Source of the DNA: Flavobacteriaceae bacterium
GTDB taxonomy: Bacteria > Bacteroidota > Bacteroidia > Flavobacteriales > Flavobacteriaceae
DNA length: 64,000 bases
Assembly: GCA_024644745.1 (NCBI GenBank)
Contig: JAHEHF010000005.1
Span: 8,796 to 72,795 of the forward strand
Reading direction: 5' to 3'
Shown here: positions 28,485 through 37,601 of the stretch, in pieces
How positions within the stretch are numbered: position 1 is the stretch's first letter
How the letters are laid out: each line of letters opens with the position of its first letter
Position numbers and translations under genes: made by a program
Notes under the pieces: model-generated
The model's database searches: none
Told to the model about the DNA's origin: nothing
The model's input: the letters and a program-made list of their open reading frames with translations, nothing else

Positions 28485-28553
28485 TTGACCGGTGTTTTGA
28501 GCAACAATCATTTTGCTTTACACCTTTTTAATTTCAAGGTAGAAGAACTGCGT

Positions 28554-29006
28554 TTATCTCAGTCTTTTAAAAATGAATCTGGTGATAAAAATTCCCTGGC
28601 CATCACCTTTTCCGGCATCACTTTCGACTCCGCTGGTGACAAAAGCCAATTCCCATCCTTCTTCAATCATGGTATTCACCTTTGAAGACAACAAAGCATC
28701 ATTGGAGGCAATGTTTTGAAAATTGATACCTGCAGCACTAAAAAAGTTCAGTATTTTGGTTTCATCAAAATCATCCACTTTGGCATCTCCTCGTTTGGTT
28801 TTGTTTTGCTTATTGTTCTCTTCCGTCCTTGAAGAGGTGTAGTCCTTATAGTTTTTTTCTTCCTGAGCGGAAATGATTCTGGATCTTCCAAGACCCATAG
28901 GAACAACAGATTCTATACTTGTTACGATTCTGTATTCATATGATTGTGCGTTTATTTCCAATACACTGGTCATAAACAATAGCATAAAAAGCATCTTTTT
29001 TATCAT
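28554..29006 (-). CDS. Secreted hypothetical protein, DUF4177-like ends
   Basis: Signal peptide ending EINAQ. YEYRIV near the N-terminus and EEGWELAFV near the C-terminus resemble DUF4177, split by a Lys/Asn/Glu-rich insert. Confidence 0.4.
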   Translation of the reverse strand: MIKKMLFMLLFMTSVLEINAQSYEYRIVTSIESVVPMGLGRSRIISAQEEKNYKDYTSSRTEENNKQNKTKRGDAKVDDFDETKILNFFSAAGINFQNIASNDALLSSKVNTMIEEGWELAFVTSGVESDAGKGDGQGIFITRFIFKRLR

Positions 29007-29224
29007 AATAATAGGTTTAAAAGTGTTATTAAAATTAGATGCCTAGTATAACAGTCAATAACAGTATATATTGCATGAACATTTTATTTTCGCCATGTAA
29101 CTTTATAAACTGTCATAAAGGTTTTACAGCTTTTTCAGTATACTGGACACGGGCTAATAATGAGTTTTAATAGAGAAACAGTATTAAATTGATGATTTTA
29201 AGTACTGTATTTTCTCAAATTCAT

Positions 29225-29232
29225 TAGATTTG
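29225..29232 (+). promoter_or_regulatory. -7 promoter box TAgaTTTG for the first tandem paralogue
   Basis: Exact TAnnTTTG match, 26 nt before the ATG at 29259. Confidence 0.4.
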
Positions 29233-29258
29233 ATGGAACAGAACTTTAAATTAAAACA

Positions 29259-29642
29259 ATGATGAAAAATATGTCTTTAGCAAGTGTAATGGTCTTGATG
29301 TTTGTCTTAATAAGTGGCTTTACGTCGGTAGATGAGAGCTTTAAGGTAAATAAAAAGATATTGGGTGAATGGAACTATACTGTTCCACAGGCAAGCTATG
29401 AGTACCAGAAAGGTGTTCTTGTCTTTTCAAAAGACGGAAAAGATTTAAGAGGAGAGGTTATCATCATGGGGCAACCCGTTCCAATGCAAAATGTAATTGG
29501 AAAGAAGAATAATGTAAAGGCCGAGATTGATGTTCAGGGCGAGATGGTCAAGCTTGATCTAAATTTTAATAAAACAACCTTTGACGGTACAGTTAATTAT
29601 TCACAGGGCTCATTGGAAATACAAGGTTCCAGAAAGGAATAA
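29259..29642 (+). CDS. Small secreted hypothetical protein, paralogue 1
   Basis: 127 aa with a signal peptide. Colinear similarity to 29809-30186 (ILG.W....P.A..YQKG.L.F..DG..L.G.V..GQ..PM ... F.GTV). Confidence 0.6.
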   Translation: MMKNMSLASVMVLMFVLISGFTSVDESFKVNKKILGEWNYTVPQASYEYQKGVLVFSKDGKDLRGEVIIMGQPVPMQNVIGKKNNVKAEIDVQGEMVKLDLNFNKTTFDGTVNYSQGSLEIQGSRKE

Positions 29643-29662
29643 GTTTGATACTTTAAATGATA

Positions 29663-29694
29663 AACCATCAAAAAGTTTTTGATGGTTTTTTTTT
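29663..29694 (+). terminator. Rho-independent terminator after paralogue 1
   Basis: aaccatcaaaa (29663-29673) / ttttgatggtt (29677-29687), followed by a T-run. Confidence 0.75.
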
Positions 29695-29775
29695 GTGCTC
29701 AATGTCAATAGTCTCATTTTTTAATTAAGTATCTGTTTATAAGAAATTTAATAATAGAAATTCATTTCCTTTTGG

Positions 29776-29783
29776 TATTTTTG
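29776..29783 (+). promoter_or_regulatory. -7 promoter box TAttTTTG for the second tandem paralogue
   Basis: Exact TAnnTTTG match, 25 nt before the ATG at 29809. Confidence 0.4.
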
Positions 29784-29808
29784 CCGGCTTAAATTGAAAT
29801 AGCTTAAA

Positions 29809-30186
29809 ATGAAAATAGTAATAGGTAGCATAGCAATTTTTTTGTTGTTATTGCTTTCAACTGGTTTTATAGAACCGGAAGGAAATGACGAACCCACAAG
29901 AATATTGGGATCATGGGAGTTTTCGGCCCCCAAGGCGGCAAATAAATACCAGAAGGGCACATTGTTTTTTACTGTGGATGGAGGTATTTTAACCGGGGCT
30001 GTAAGCGTAGAAGGTCAACTGATTCCCATGAGAAAACTCATTTATGAAAATGATAAAGTAAGAGCCTACATTATGGTCGGAGGTACACAAGTGGATTTAT
30101 ACCTGAAGTTTCAGAAAGATTCATTTGAAGGAACAGTTTCTAATCCAAGGGGTTACCTCAGGGTGGCGGGCATTAAAAAGGAATAG
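29809..30186 (+). CDS. Small secreted hypothetical protein, paralogue 2
   Basis: 125 aa with a signal peptide. About one third of positions match paralogue 1 by eye over the full mature length. Confidence 0.6.
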   Translation: MKIVIGSIAIFLLLLLSTGFIEPEGNDEPTRILGSWEFSAPKAANKYQKGTLFFTVDGGILTGAVSVEGQLIPMRKLIYENDKVRAYIMVGGTQVDLYLKFQKDSFEGTVSNPRGYLRVAGIKKE

Positions 30187-30196
30187 GCTCAGGTGG

Positions 30197-30805
30197 TTAA
30201 AATTGTTTGCCAATGCCAATACCATAGGTTAAACTTGTATAGGCATCAATGTTAATATCATAGCTTACAACACCAAATAACTCCCAATTTTTTGGAAGAT
30301 GGTAGGGTATCTCAACACCAAATCTGATAACCGTGAAATCTTCATGAGGCGAAAATTCTCTTCCTGCACCTGCGATCAGACCCAGAAATGGCAAGGGCTT
30401 GTAAATGGCTATTATCGCCATGGAAACCGGCGTTCCCCTTTCAATCACGCCTATATTTTCTTCTTCAGTTTCGCTAGATCTGCTTAAATTAGAACTTTTC
30501 TTGACCACAAAATCTTCTAAAATGATGTCATTGTGTAATCCAATGCCCCATTTTTTATTAAAAAAATAAGAATAGTTCAGACCAAATGACGGAAGCGTAA
30601 TGTTACTCGAACTTGATTCATTCTTTATTGCAGAAAAGATCAAAGTATGGTTGATCGAAGCACTTATCACATGCTTTTTGTGTACTTCATGATTGCCATG
30701 AGCATTGTCATTGTGCTTTTCACCTTGTTCGTGCTCCTGTGATGCCAGTATATTTGGAATCAACAATAGTAGCAACCTCAAAAGCATAAAAATGTTTTTA
30801 CTCAT
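30197..30805 (-). CDS. Small outer-membrane beta-barrel-like protein with a His-rich N-terminus
   Basis: Signal peptide, then HEQGEKHNDNAHGNHEVHKKH. Alternating hydrophobic strands and a C-terminal ...GIGIGKQF ending in Phe, the OMP signature. Confidence 0.5.
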   Translation of the reverse strand: MSKNIFMLLRLLLLLIPNILASQEHEQGEKHNDNAHGNHEVHKKHVISASINHTLIFSAIKNESSSSNITLPSFGLNYSYFFNKKWGIGLHNDIILEDFVVKKSSNLSRSSETEEENIGVIERGTPVSMAIIAIYKPLPFLGLIAGAGREFSPHEDFTVIRFGVEIPYHLPKNWELFGVVSYDINIDAYTSLTYGIGIGKQF

Positions 30806-30815
30806 AAGTTGGTAA

Positions 30816-30823
30816 CAAATTTA
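30816..30823 (-). promoter_or_regulatory. -7 promoter box TAaaTTTG for the His-rich OMP gene
   Basis: caaattta on the + strand is TAAATTTG on the - strand, 10 nt before the ATG at 30805. Confidence 0.4.
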
Positions 30824-30899
30824 ATTGTCTTTTAAAGTTAGGTATAAAATTTCAGTGATAAAAATATTCTTTCGGTGACCATAATTCTGAATTAAATTT

Positions 30900-30907
30900 T
30901 ATTTTTG
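30900..30907 (+). promoter_or_regulatory. -7 promoter box TAttTTTG abutting the guaA start codon
   Basis: Exact TAnnTTTG match ending 3 nt before the guaA ATG at 30911. Confidence 0.35.
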
Positions 30908-30910
30908 CGC

Positions 30911-32443
30911 ATGCAGAACAAGGTTTTAATTCTAGATTTCGGATCGCAGGTAACACAGCTTATTGCCCGAAGAGTAAGAGAACTCAACATTTATTGTGAG
31001 ATCCACCCTTTCAACAGTACAAAATTCAATAGCGACGATTTTACGGCAGTCATACTGTCAGGAAGTCCTTTTTCCGTGAGGAACGGTGATGCGCCACATC
31101 CTGATCTTTCCAGGATCAAGGGGAAAAAACCTTTATTGGGTATATGCTACGGGGCGCAATATCTGGTTCATTTTTTTGGAGGTAAGGTAGGATCTTCCAG
31201 CTCGAGGGAATACGGCCGAGCCAACTTGTCTTATGTCGATCACAGCAATGAATTATTTGATCAAATAGAGGAAGGATCTCAGGTATGGATGAGCCACAGC
31301 GATACCATTATTGAATTACCCGATAATTACAAGGTGATTGCCAGTACGCATGATATAGAAAATGCCGCATTTAAAATTGATGGTGAACAGACTTATGCCA
31401 TCCAGTTTCATCCGGAAGTTTATCATTCAACTGACGGAAAACAATTGCTTGAAAACTTTTTGGTGCACATTGCAAAAGTTGAGCAGGACTGGACCCCTAA
31501 TTCATTTGTCGATACTTCTGTGGCAGAACTCAAGGCAAAAATAGGAAATGAAAAAGTGGTGCTGGGATTGTCAGGCGGTGTTGATTCAACAGTTGCGGCA
31601 GTGTTACTCGACAAGGCGATTGGTAAAAATCTGTATTGTATCTTTGTCAATAACGGTTTGTTAAGAAAGCACGAATTTGAAAATGTTCTGGACCAGTACA
31701 AGCACATGGGTCTCAATGTCAAAGGTGTTGACGCTTCTGAACGCTTTCTGGAAAAACTCAAGGGTATTGAAGACCCGGAGCTGAAGAGGAAGGCTATCGG
31801 CAATACCTTTATCGAGGTTTTTGACGATGAAGCCCACCTGATCGAAGACGTGACCTGGCTGGCACAGGGAACTATTTATCCTGATGTGATTGAATCTGTT
31901 TCGGTGTCAGGAGGACCATCAGCGACCATTAAATCACATCATAACGTCGGAGGATTGCCTGATTTTATGAAATTAAAGATCGTTGAGCCTTTGCGTATGA
32001 TTTTTAAGGATGAGGTGAGAAGGGTAGGTCGCAGTATGGGAATCGATGACGAACTGCTTGGAAGGCACCCCTTTCCCGGACCCGGTTTAGGTATCCGAAT
32101 ATTAGGTGATATCACTGCAGAAAAGGTAAAAATGCTGCAAGAAGTTGATCATATCTTTTTAGAAGGGTTAAAAAGATGGAAATTGTACGATTCTGTATGG
32201 CAAGCCGGGGCTATGTTGCTTCCAGTGCAATCTGTTGGTGTAATGGGAGATGAGAGAACCTATGAAAAGGCGGTGGTCTTGAGAGCGGTTTCATCAACAG
32301 ATGGCATGACTGCAGACTGGGTTGATCTCCCGTATAAATTTTTACAGGAAACATCGAACAAGATCATTAACGGTGTTAAAGGCGTGAACAGGGTGGTTTA
32401 TGATATCAGTTCGAAGCCTCCTGCCACAATTGAATGGGAATAG
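30911..32443 (+). CDS. guaA: Glutamine-hydrolysing GMP synthase
   Basis: Starts [13 protein letters not shown]. GATase motif ICYGAQ, ATP-PPase motif SGGVDS, C-terminal ATIEWE. The ORF-track start at 30905 is TTG. Confidence 0.97.
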   Translation: MQNKVLILDFGSQVTQLIARRVRELNIYCEIHPFNSTKFNSDDFTAVILSGSPFSVRNGDAPHPDLSRIKGKKPLLGICYGAQYLVHFFGGKVGSSSSREYGRANLSYVDHSNELFDQIEEGSQVWMSHSDTIIELPDNYKVIASTHDIENAAFKIDGEQTYAIQFHPEVYHSTDGKQLLENFLVHIAKVEQDWTPNSFVDTSVAELKAKIGNEKVVLGLSGGVDSTVAAVLLDKAIGKNLYCIFVNNGLLRKHEFENVLDQYKHMGLNVKGVDASERFLEKLKGIEDPELKRKAIGNTFIEVFDDEAHLIEDVTWLAQGTIYPDVIESVSVSGGPSATIKSHHNVGGLPDFMKLKIVEPLRMIFKDEVRRVGRSMGIDDELLGRHPFPGPGLGIRILGDITAEKVKMLQEVDHIFLEGLKRWKLYDSVWQAGAMLLPVQSVGVMGDERTYEKAVVLRAVSSTDGMTADWVDLPYKFLQETSNKIINGVKGVNRVVYDISSKPPATIEWE

Positions 32444-32554
32444 GTGTCTGATTGATCGCATGCCGAGGGTCAAATACAGTTTCACGGCTTAAAAGATTGA
32501 AAAAGTGAAGTTGATTAAAATAACTGAGCCTATTTCAAGTTTAGAATTATTAGA

Positions 32555-34468
32555 ATGTCGAATGCAATGAAGAAAATAAAACTTTTGATCATCTTGTTCC
32601 TTATAGGATACGCAACAATGCTGGCTCAGGACAAGAAATTTATGACCTACAGGGTGAAATCCGGGGAAACCATTCAGAGTATTTCCAAATCGCTGGCCAT
32701 CACACCTTATGACCTGCTTAAATTAAATCCTGACATCAAGGATAAAGTCAGTGCGGATGACATCCTCATTATTCCTAACAAAGCCTATGATCCGCTACTG
32801 GACATTAGTAATGCTGATCTGAGCAATATCAACCAAAGGGACATCATTGTCGATAAATTTATCTATCATGAGATTGTTGCCAAAGAAACAGTTTTCAGTA
32901 TCCTTAAAAATTTCAATATTTCAGAAGAAGAACTGAAACAGAACAATCCGTTTTTGGCACGTGAAGGATTGAAAATCGGGCAGGTCATCAAGATTCCTCT
33001 GACAGTAGATGAAACCCTGATGGCCGTTAATGATGAAAATACACAGCCTTATCTGGTCAAGGCCAAGGAAACCAAATACAGTATCGCCAATAAATTTGGT
33101 ATCAGTATCAGTTATTTGGAAGACCTGAATCCTAAAATTGCTGAAAATGGATTGCAAATCGATGACGTGATTGTTGTACCAAAAGAGTCTCTAGAAGCTG
33201 TTAATGATGACTTTGTGATTTATCAGGTACAGAAGCTTGAGACCATGTACAGTTTGACCAAAAAGTTTGACATGACACCAAGAGAATTGGAAACCCTTAA
33301 CCCTGAATTGAGGGAAGGTGTCAAAGAAGGAATGCTCCTCAGACTTCCTAATCCGGCTAAAAAGAAGGAAGTATTTAAGGACCTGATTCCGGAAGACAGT
33401 CAATTGAAAATAGCCATGATGTTGCCTTTTAAAAGCCGAAGAGACAGTCTTGATTTTCAAAATGACAGATTGCTGCAGATCACAACCGATTTTTATTTTG
33501 GATCTCTCATTGCCATTGATTCGTTAAAAAAACAGGGCTTATCGGTTCGAATGAAGGTTTATGACACAGAGAACAACCAGCAGGTGTCCAATAAAATAAG
33601 TAATGATCCTGAATTGCAGGAATTTGACGCTGTAGTCGGACCTATGTTTCTGAAAAATGTAAAAGACGTTTCCAATAATTTAAAATATGGCAAACCGCTG
33701 ATCCTTTCTCCGATATCTACAAAGGACCATTCTGCTATCGATAACAAAAATCTGGTACAGGAAAGAGCCTCACTTGAGCAGCATACCAATGAGATGATCG
33801 AATTCGTCAAAGCAAAATACGAACAACAGGACCTGATCGTGATCAAAAATGAAAGTGAACGTTCAGAATTGCAGTTCAACCGCATCATTAAAGATATTAA
33901 GGCCTTAAATCCTGATAAGGAGGTGAAAATACTTCAAACCAAGGACGGATACATCAAGCCTGAAGAGTTCAAAGTTTTCCGGGATACCCTTGACAGAAAT
34001 ATTGTGAATTGGTTTTTCCTCACGGATAATGATCCGGCATACCTTGGTGATGTTTTTAATAATCTTGGGGTTTTCCCAGAAGCAGACAGTCTCATGGTCT
34101 TTGGTTTTGAAAAAGATCGTAATTTCAATAATATTGACAACAACTTTCTTGCAAGGGTTCATTTTCATTATCCCAGTAATACCTTTATTAACGATCGTCA
34201 AGCTGCCTATCAAAAATTTGAAGCAACCTATAAAAGAAAATATTTCACTTTGCCTTCTGTTTATGCGATAGAAGGATTTGACATGATGTATGATTTGCTG
34301 TTGCGACTTTGCCACGGAACTGATTTTGTAAGCCAGGGCGTTTCTCAGAGAATAGGGACCCGCTATGATTATATTGAAAATACCTCAGGGAGCCTGATCA
34401 ATAAAGGTATTTATATTGTCAAATATGATGGCCTTGAGGAAAAAGTTGTGAATACCTTTGAGGAATAA
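32555..34468 (+). CDS. Protein with four LysM domains and a type-1 periplasmic-binding-fold C-terminal half
   Basis: Signal peptide. Four LysM repeats starting YRVKSGETI, YHEIVAKET, YLVKAKETK and YQVQKLETM. The remainder resembles Leu/Ile/Val-binding-protein-type receptors. Confidence 0.7.
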   Translation: MSNAMKKIKLLIILFLIGYATMLAQDKKFMTYRVKSGETIQSISKSLAITPYDLLKLNPDIKDKVSADDILIIPNKAYDPLLDISNADLSNINQRDIIVDKFIYHEIVAKETVFSILKNFNISEEELKQNNPFLAREGLKIGQVIKIPLTVDETLMAVNDENTQPYLVKAKETKYSIANKFGISISYLEDLNPKIAENGLQIDDVIVVPKESLEAVNDDFVIYQVQKLETMYSLTKKFDMTPRELETLNPELREGVKEGMLLRLPNPAKKKEVFKDLIPEDSQLKIAMMLPFKSRRDSLDFQNDRLLQITTDFYFGSLIAIDSLKKQGLSVRMKVYDTENNQQVSNKISNDPELQEFDAVVGPMFLKNVKDVSNNLKYGKPLILSPISTKDHSAIDNKNLVQERASLEQHTNEMIEFVKAKYEQQDLIVIKNESERSELQFNRIIKDIKALNPDKEVKILQTKDGYIKPEEFKVFRDTLDRNIVNWFFLTDNDPAYLGDVFNNLGVFPEADSLMVFGFEKDRNFNNIDNNFLARVHFHYPSNTFINDRQAAYQKFEATYKRKYFTLPSVYAIEGFDMMYDLLLRLCHGTDFVSQGVSQRIGTRYDYIENTSGSLINKGIYIVKYDGLEEKVVNTFEE

Positions 34469-34471
34469 AAA

Positions 34472-36070
34472 TCAGTTTTTCAACGGATTGCCGTAAATTT
34501 GGTTGAAGGTATGGTTGGCGAAGCCAAAACCGGCCTCTTCATAAAGGTTAAAGACAACATTGGCACCGGCTTTTGTTAATTCTTTTAATTCATCATCGTA
34601 TCGCCCTATTGCAGCAACTTTTACATTGCAGTGAATTTCATTTAATTGTTCAATTACCCTCATATGTGCTGCATGACTCGGAGTTGCAAGAATCGCCAGA
34701 GGCGCCTCTTCAGACATGTTTACCCTTTGCCAGAACCTCAGGTCAGTGGCGTCGCCCTGAATGACATTATTTCCAAGAGAACGCTGTTTATTGATTACGT
34801 CAAGACTGATGTCTACCCCCAGGACCGTCTTATTATATTTTTCCGACATCACCCGATATACTTCTGATCCCGTTCTTCCCATGCCGAATACAATCACCTC
34901 TTCATTTGAAAAAACAATGGGAGCATCTTCTTTTAATCGATTTTTTGTCTCGAATTGAAGCAGTTTATTTTGAAATCGTGTGTAAATACTCTGAGCCCTG
35001 GTATTCAGTGGCGAAGAGATCAACATGGTAATCGACAGGGTAACGGCAAAAATTACCAGCCATTCGGTTTCCATCCAGCCATTTGCTACAGCCGCTGCGC
35101 CAACAATAAGACCAAATTCACTGTAATTGGACAAATTAAAAGCAGCCAGAACAGAGGTCCTTACCCGCAGTTTGAAGCGGGACAAAATGATGAAAAAGAG
35201 GATGGTTTTGATCGGGATTAATAGGGCAAGAATTATGGCGATCCCCATTCCTTCAGCTGTAGGAATACCCGACAGCCCAACGCTTAAAAAAAAGCTGATC
35301 AGGAAGAGATCCTTAAAGCCCATCATCGTTTTTGCAAGTTCATCTGCTCTTTCGTGTTCCGCCAATAATACTCCAAAAACCAGGGCGCCAAGATCAGGTT
35401 TCAATCCCACGAGATCAAATAAGGAGGCACCTGTGATCGGGAGCAATACTCCTAAAAGGATCAGGAGCTCTCCATGGCCCGTTTTATTTATAAGGAATGA
35501 GAATTTGGTGTTTTTAATAAGCTTTGGTACAAAGAGGAGCAATAAAAGTGCTGGCGCCCATATCGATGGTTCTTTACCCGAACTGATCGTCAGGAAGATC
35601 ACCGCAAAAATATCCTGCATCACCAGGATGCCAATTGCGATATTTCCGTGGGAAGTTTTCATACTGCCCGTTTCCTCTAAAATTTTAACGGCGAAAATCG
35701 TACTTGAAAAACTCAGCGCAAATGCAAGAAGAAAGGAAGTAGACACGCTCAAGTCTGCAAACTTTGAAAATCCGATATAGCTCAAGAACATCACAATGAC
35801 ACCAAATAAAAGCGTAATGATCATCATATGCAAGGAAGAGGCCGCCCATATTTCAGGTTTAAGCAGGTTTTTGATTTTCAATTTCAGGCCAATGGTGAAT
35901 AAGAGCAGCAATACCCCAAAATCAGCAATCTGTCTTAGAATTTCACTGTGCTCAACTCCAAAAGCATTCAGGGCGAAACCAGCCGTAAGAAATCCAACAA
36001 GAGGAGGAAGGCCAATTTGCTTTACGGCGAATCCAAAACCAAAAGCGAAAATGATCCATAGGGGGTCCAT
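34472..36070 (-). CDS. Kef-type cation:proton antiporter with a TrkA-N (Rossmann) regulatory domain
   Basis: About 12 TM segments of the CPA2 type, then VFGMGRTGSEV (GxGxxG) and a C-terminal NAD-binding-like domain. Confidence 0.8.
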   Translation of the reverse strand: MDPLWIIFAFGFGFAVKQIGLPPLVGFLTAGFALNAFGVEHSEILRQIADFGVLLLLFTIGLKLKIKNLLKPEIWAASSLHMMIITLLFGVIVMFLSYIGFSKFADLSVSTSFLLAFALSFSSTIFAVKILEETGSMKTSHGNIAIGILVMQDIFAVIFLTISSGKEPSIWAPALLLLLFVPKLIKNTKFSFLINKTGHGELLILLGVLLPITGASLFDLVGLKPDLGALVFGVLLAEHERADELAKTMMGFKDLFLISFFLSVGLSGIPTAEGMGIAIILALLIPIKTILFFIILSRFKLRVRTSVLAAFNLSNYSEFGLIVGAAAVANGWMETEWLVIFAVTLSITMLISSPLNTRAQSIYTRFQNKLLQFETKNRLKEDAPIVFSNEEVIVFGMGRTGSEVYRVMSEKYNKTVLGVDISLDVINKQRSLGNNVIQGDATDLRFWQRVNMSEEAPLAILATPSHAAHMRVIEQLNEIHCNVKVAAIGRYDDELKELTKAGANVVFNLYEEAGFGFANHTFNQIYGNPLKN

Positions 36071-36095
36071 AGGGAATTTTTAAATTGATGAATAT

Positions 36096-37415
36096 TTAAA
36101 TTTTGTCTTCTGATGTCATTCTGAGCCAAACCATTCCAATTACGGCAGACAGAATGGATGCACATATAATGCCTACTTTGGCTATTTGCTTAAACGACTC
36201 GTCCTTGAATGCAAGGTCAGAAATAAATATGGACATGGTAAAACCAATTCCTGCCAGAAAGGCTGCTCCATAAATTTGGTTCCAGCTCACGCCTTCAGGC
36301 AATATGGCAATTTTTAATTTTACCATGAGTCTTGAAAACAATGAAATTCCCAAAAATTTGCCAAGAACCAGGCCGGCAATGATGCCCAAGGAAATCGGAT
36401 GGATCATCATATCATCGATACGTCCATCGATGTGTACTCCCGCGTTGCTCAGCGCAAAGACCGGCAGGATAAAATAGGCTGTTACAGGGTGAAGGGCATG
36501 CTCCAGCTTTTGTAAAGGTGTATGCGCCTTTTTACTTAATTTTTCGATATCGCTTATGAGATGTACCTGTTTTTTGGTAAGCAGGGTTGATTTCTTATCC
36601 GGATTTTCATTTTTGAATTTATGAAGATGTGCTGAGAGCCTTTCCATATAGTCAGTCTCATTGATTTTTGTTCTGGCCGGTATGGTAAGTGCGATCAGCA
36701 CCCCGGCGATGGTTGCATGAACACCTGAATAAATAAAGGCGATCCAAACACCTGTAAATCCGACCAATGCATAAAAAACGGTCCTTCTTACTCCGGCCAA
36801 ATTGGCAACAGCGAGCACGACAAGGAAGAATCCGGCATAAAGCAATTCATAAAAATCTATAGATTCAGTATAGAACAAAGCAATCACCATAACGGCTCCA
36901 AGATCATCTGCAATGGCTAGAGCGGTTAGGAATATTTTAAGATTCAAGGGTACCCTGTTTCCCAGCATGGCAAGGAGCCCCAAAGCAAAGGCGATGTCAG
37001 TTGCCATTGGGATGCCCCATCCATTTATAAAATCAGGATCGTTTACGGTGAGCAGCGCATACAAAAGGGCAGGGATCAGCATGCCGCCAATGGCAGCGGA
37101 GATCGGTAAAGAGGCCTTTTTTAAGGACGAAAGTTCCCCTCCCATAACTTCTCTTTTAATTTCAAGACCAATCACAAAAAAGAAAAGTGCCATCAGGCCA
37201 TCATTGATCCAATGATGAAGAGAGGCTACCATGTTCAGGTCGCCCCAAACAAATCCTACTTTATACTCATGCCACAGTTGGTGGTAGGATTCATAAAAGG
37301 AACTATTGGCCCAGATCATTGCTGCGATCGTCATCAATATCAGAAGCATTCCACCGTAGGCTTCTTCGTTTATAAACTGAGAAATTTTAAAGGAGGTTAA
37401 AGGTTTGTTTTTCAT
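36096..37415 (-). CDS. nhaA: Na+/H+ antiporter NhaA
   Basis: 439 aa. NhaA motifs WINDGLMALFFFVIGLEIKRE and ALAIADDLGAV. Confidence 0.92.
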   Translation of the reverse strand: MKNKPLTSFKISQFINEEAYGGMLLILMTIAAMIWANSSFYESYHQLWHEYKVGFVWGDLNMVASLHHWINDGLMALFFFVIGLEIKREVMGGELSSLKKASLPISAAIGGMLIPALLYALLTVNDPDFINGWGIPMATDIAFALGLLAMLGNRVPLNLKIFLTALAIADDLGAVMVIALFYTESIDFYELLYAGFFLVVLAVANLAGVRRTVFYALVGFTGVWIAFIYSGVHATIAGVLIALTIPARTKINETDYMERLSAHLHKFKNENPDKKSTLLTKKQVHLISDIEKLSKKAHTPLQKLEHALHPVTAYFILPVFALSNAGVHIDGRIDDMMIHPISLGIIAGLVLGKFLGISLFSRLMVKLKIAILPEGVSWNQIYGAAFLAGIGFTMSIFISDLAFKDESFKQIAKVGIICASILSAVIGMVWLRMTSEDKI

Positions 37416-37464
37416 CTTTTAATTTAATAAAGTCAGTTGAATCTCTATCATTTAGAGTAAATAC

Positions 37465-37472
37465 CAAACATA
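37465..37472 (-). promoter_or_regulatory. -7 promoter box TAtgTTTG for nhaA and the Kef-type gene
   Basis: caaacata on the + strand is TATGTTTG on the - strand, 49 nt before the nhaA ATG. Confidence 0.35.
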
Positions 37473-37547
37473 ATTCAGGGGCAGGAAAAATGAATTTATG
37501 TCATTGACCCTGACTCAAATATACAAATTAAACCTTCATTTCACGGA

Positions 37548-37580
37548 TAAAAAAAACCTGCCATTGAGCAGGTTTTTTTT
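37548..37580 (-). terminator. Terminator after the PDH E2 gene (A/T-flanked, potentially bidirectional)
   Basis: acctgc (37556-37561) / gcaggt (37568-37573), extended by A-run/T-run pairing. A T-run follows on both strands. Confidence 0.75.
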
Positions 37581-37601
37581 GATTTATACGGTTGCGAGAA
37601 T

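Noticed and set aside
35127-35780. 217-aa ORF on the + strand inside the Kef-type antiporter gene. Similar antisense ORFs occur at 25025-25501, 45677-46186 and 46481-47038.
   Set aside because: All lie fully within, and antisense to, genes with clear family motifs. None has a TAnnTTTG box or a recognisable domain.
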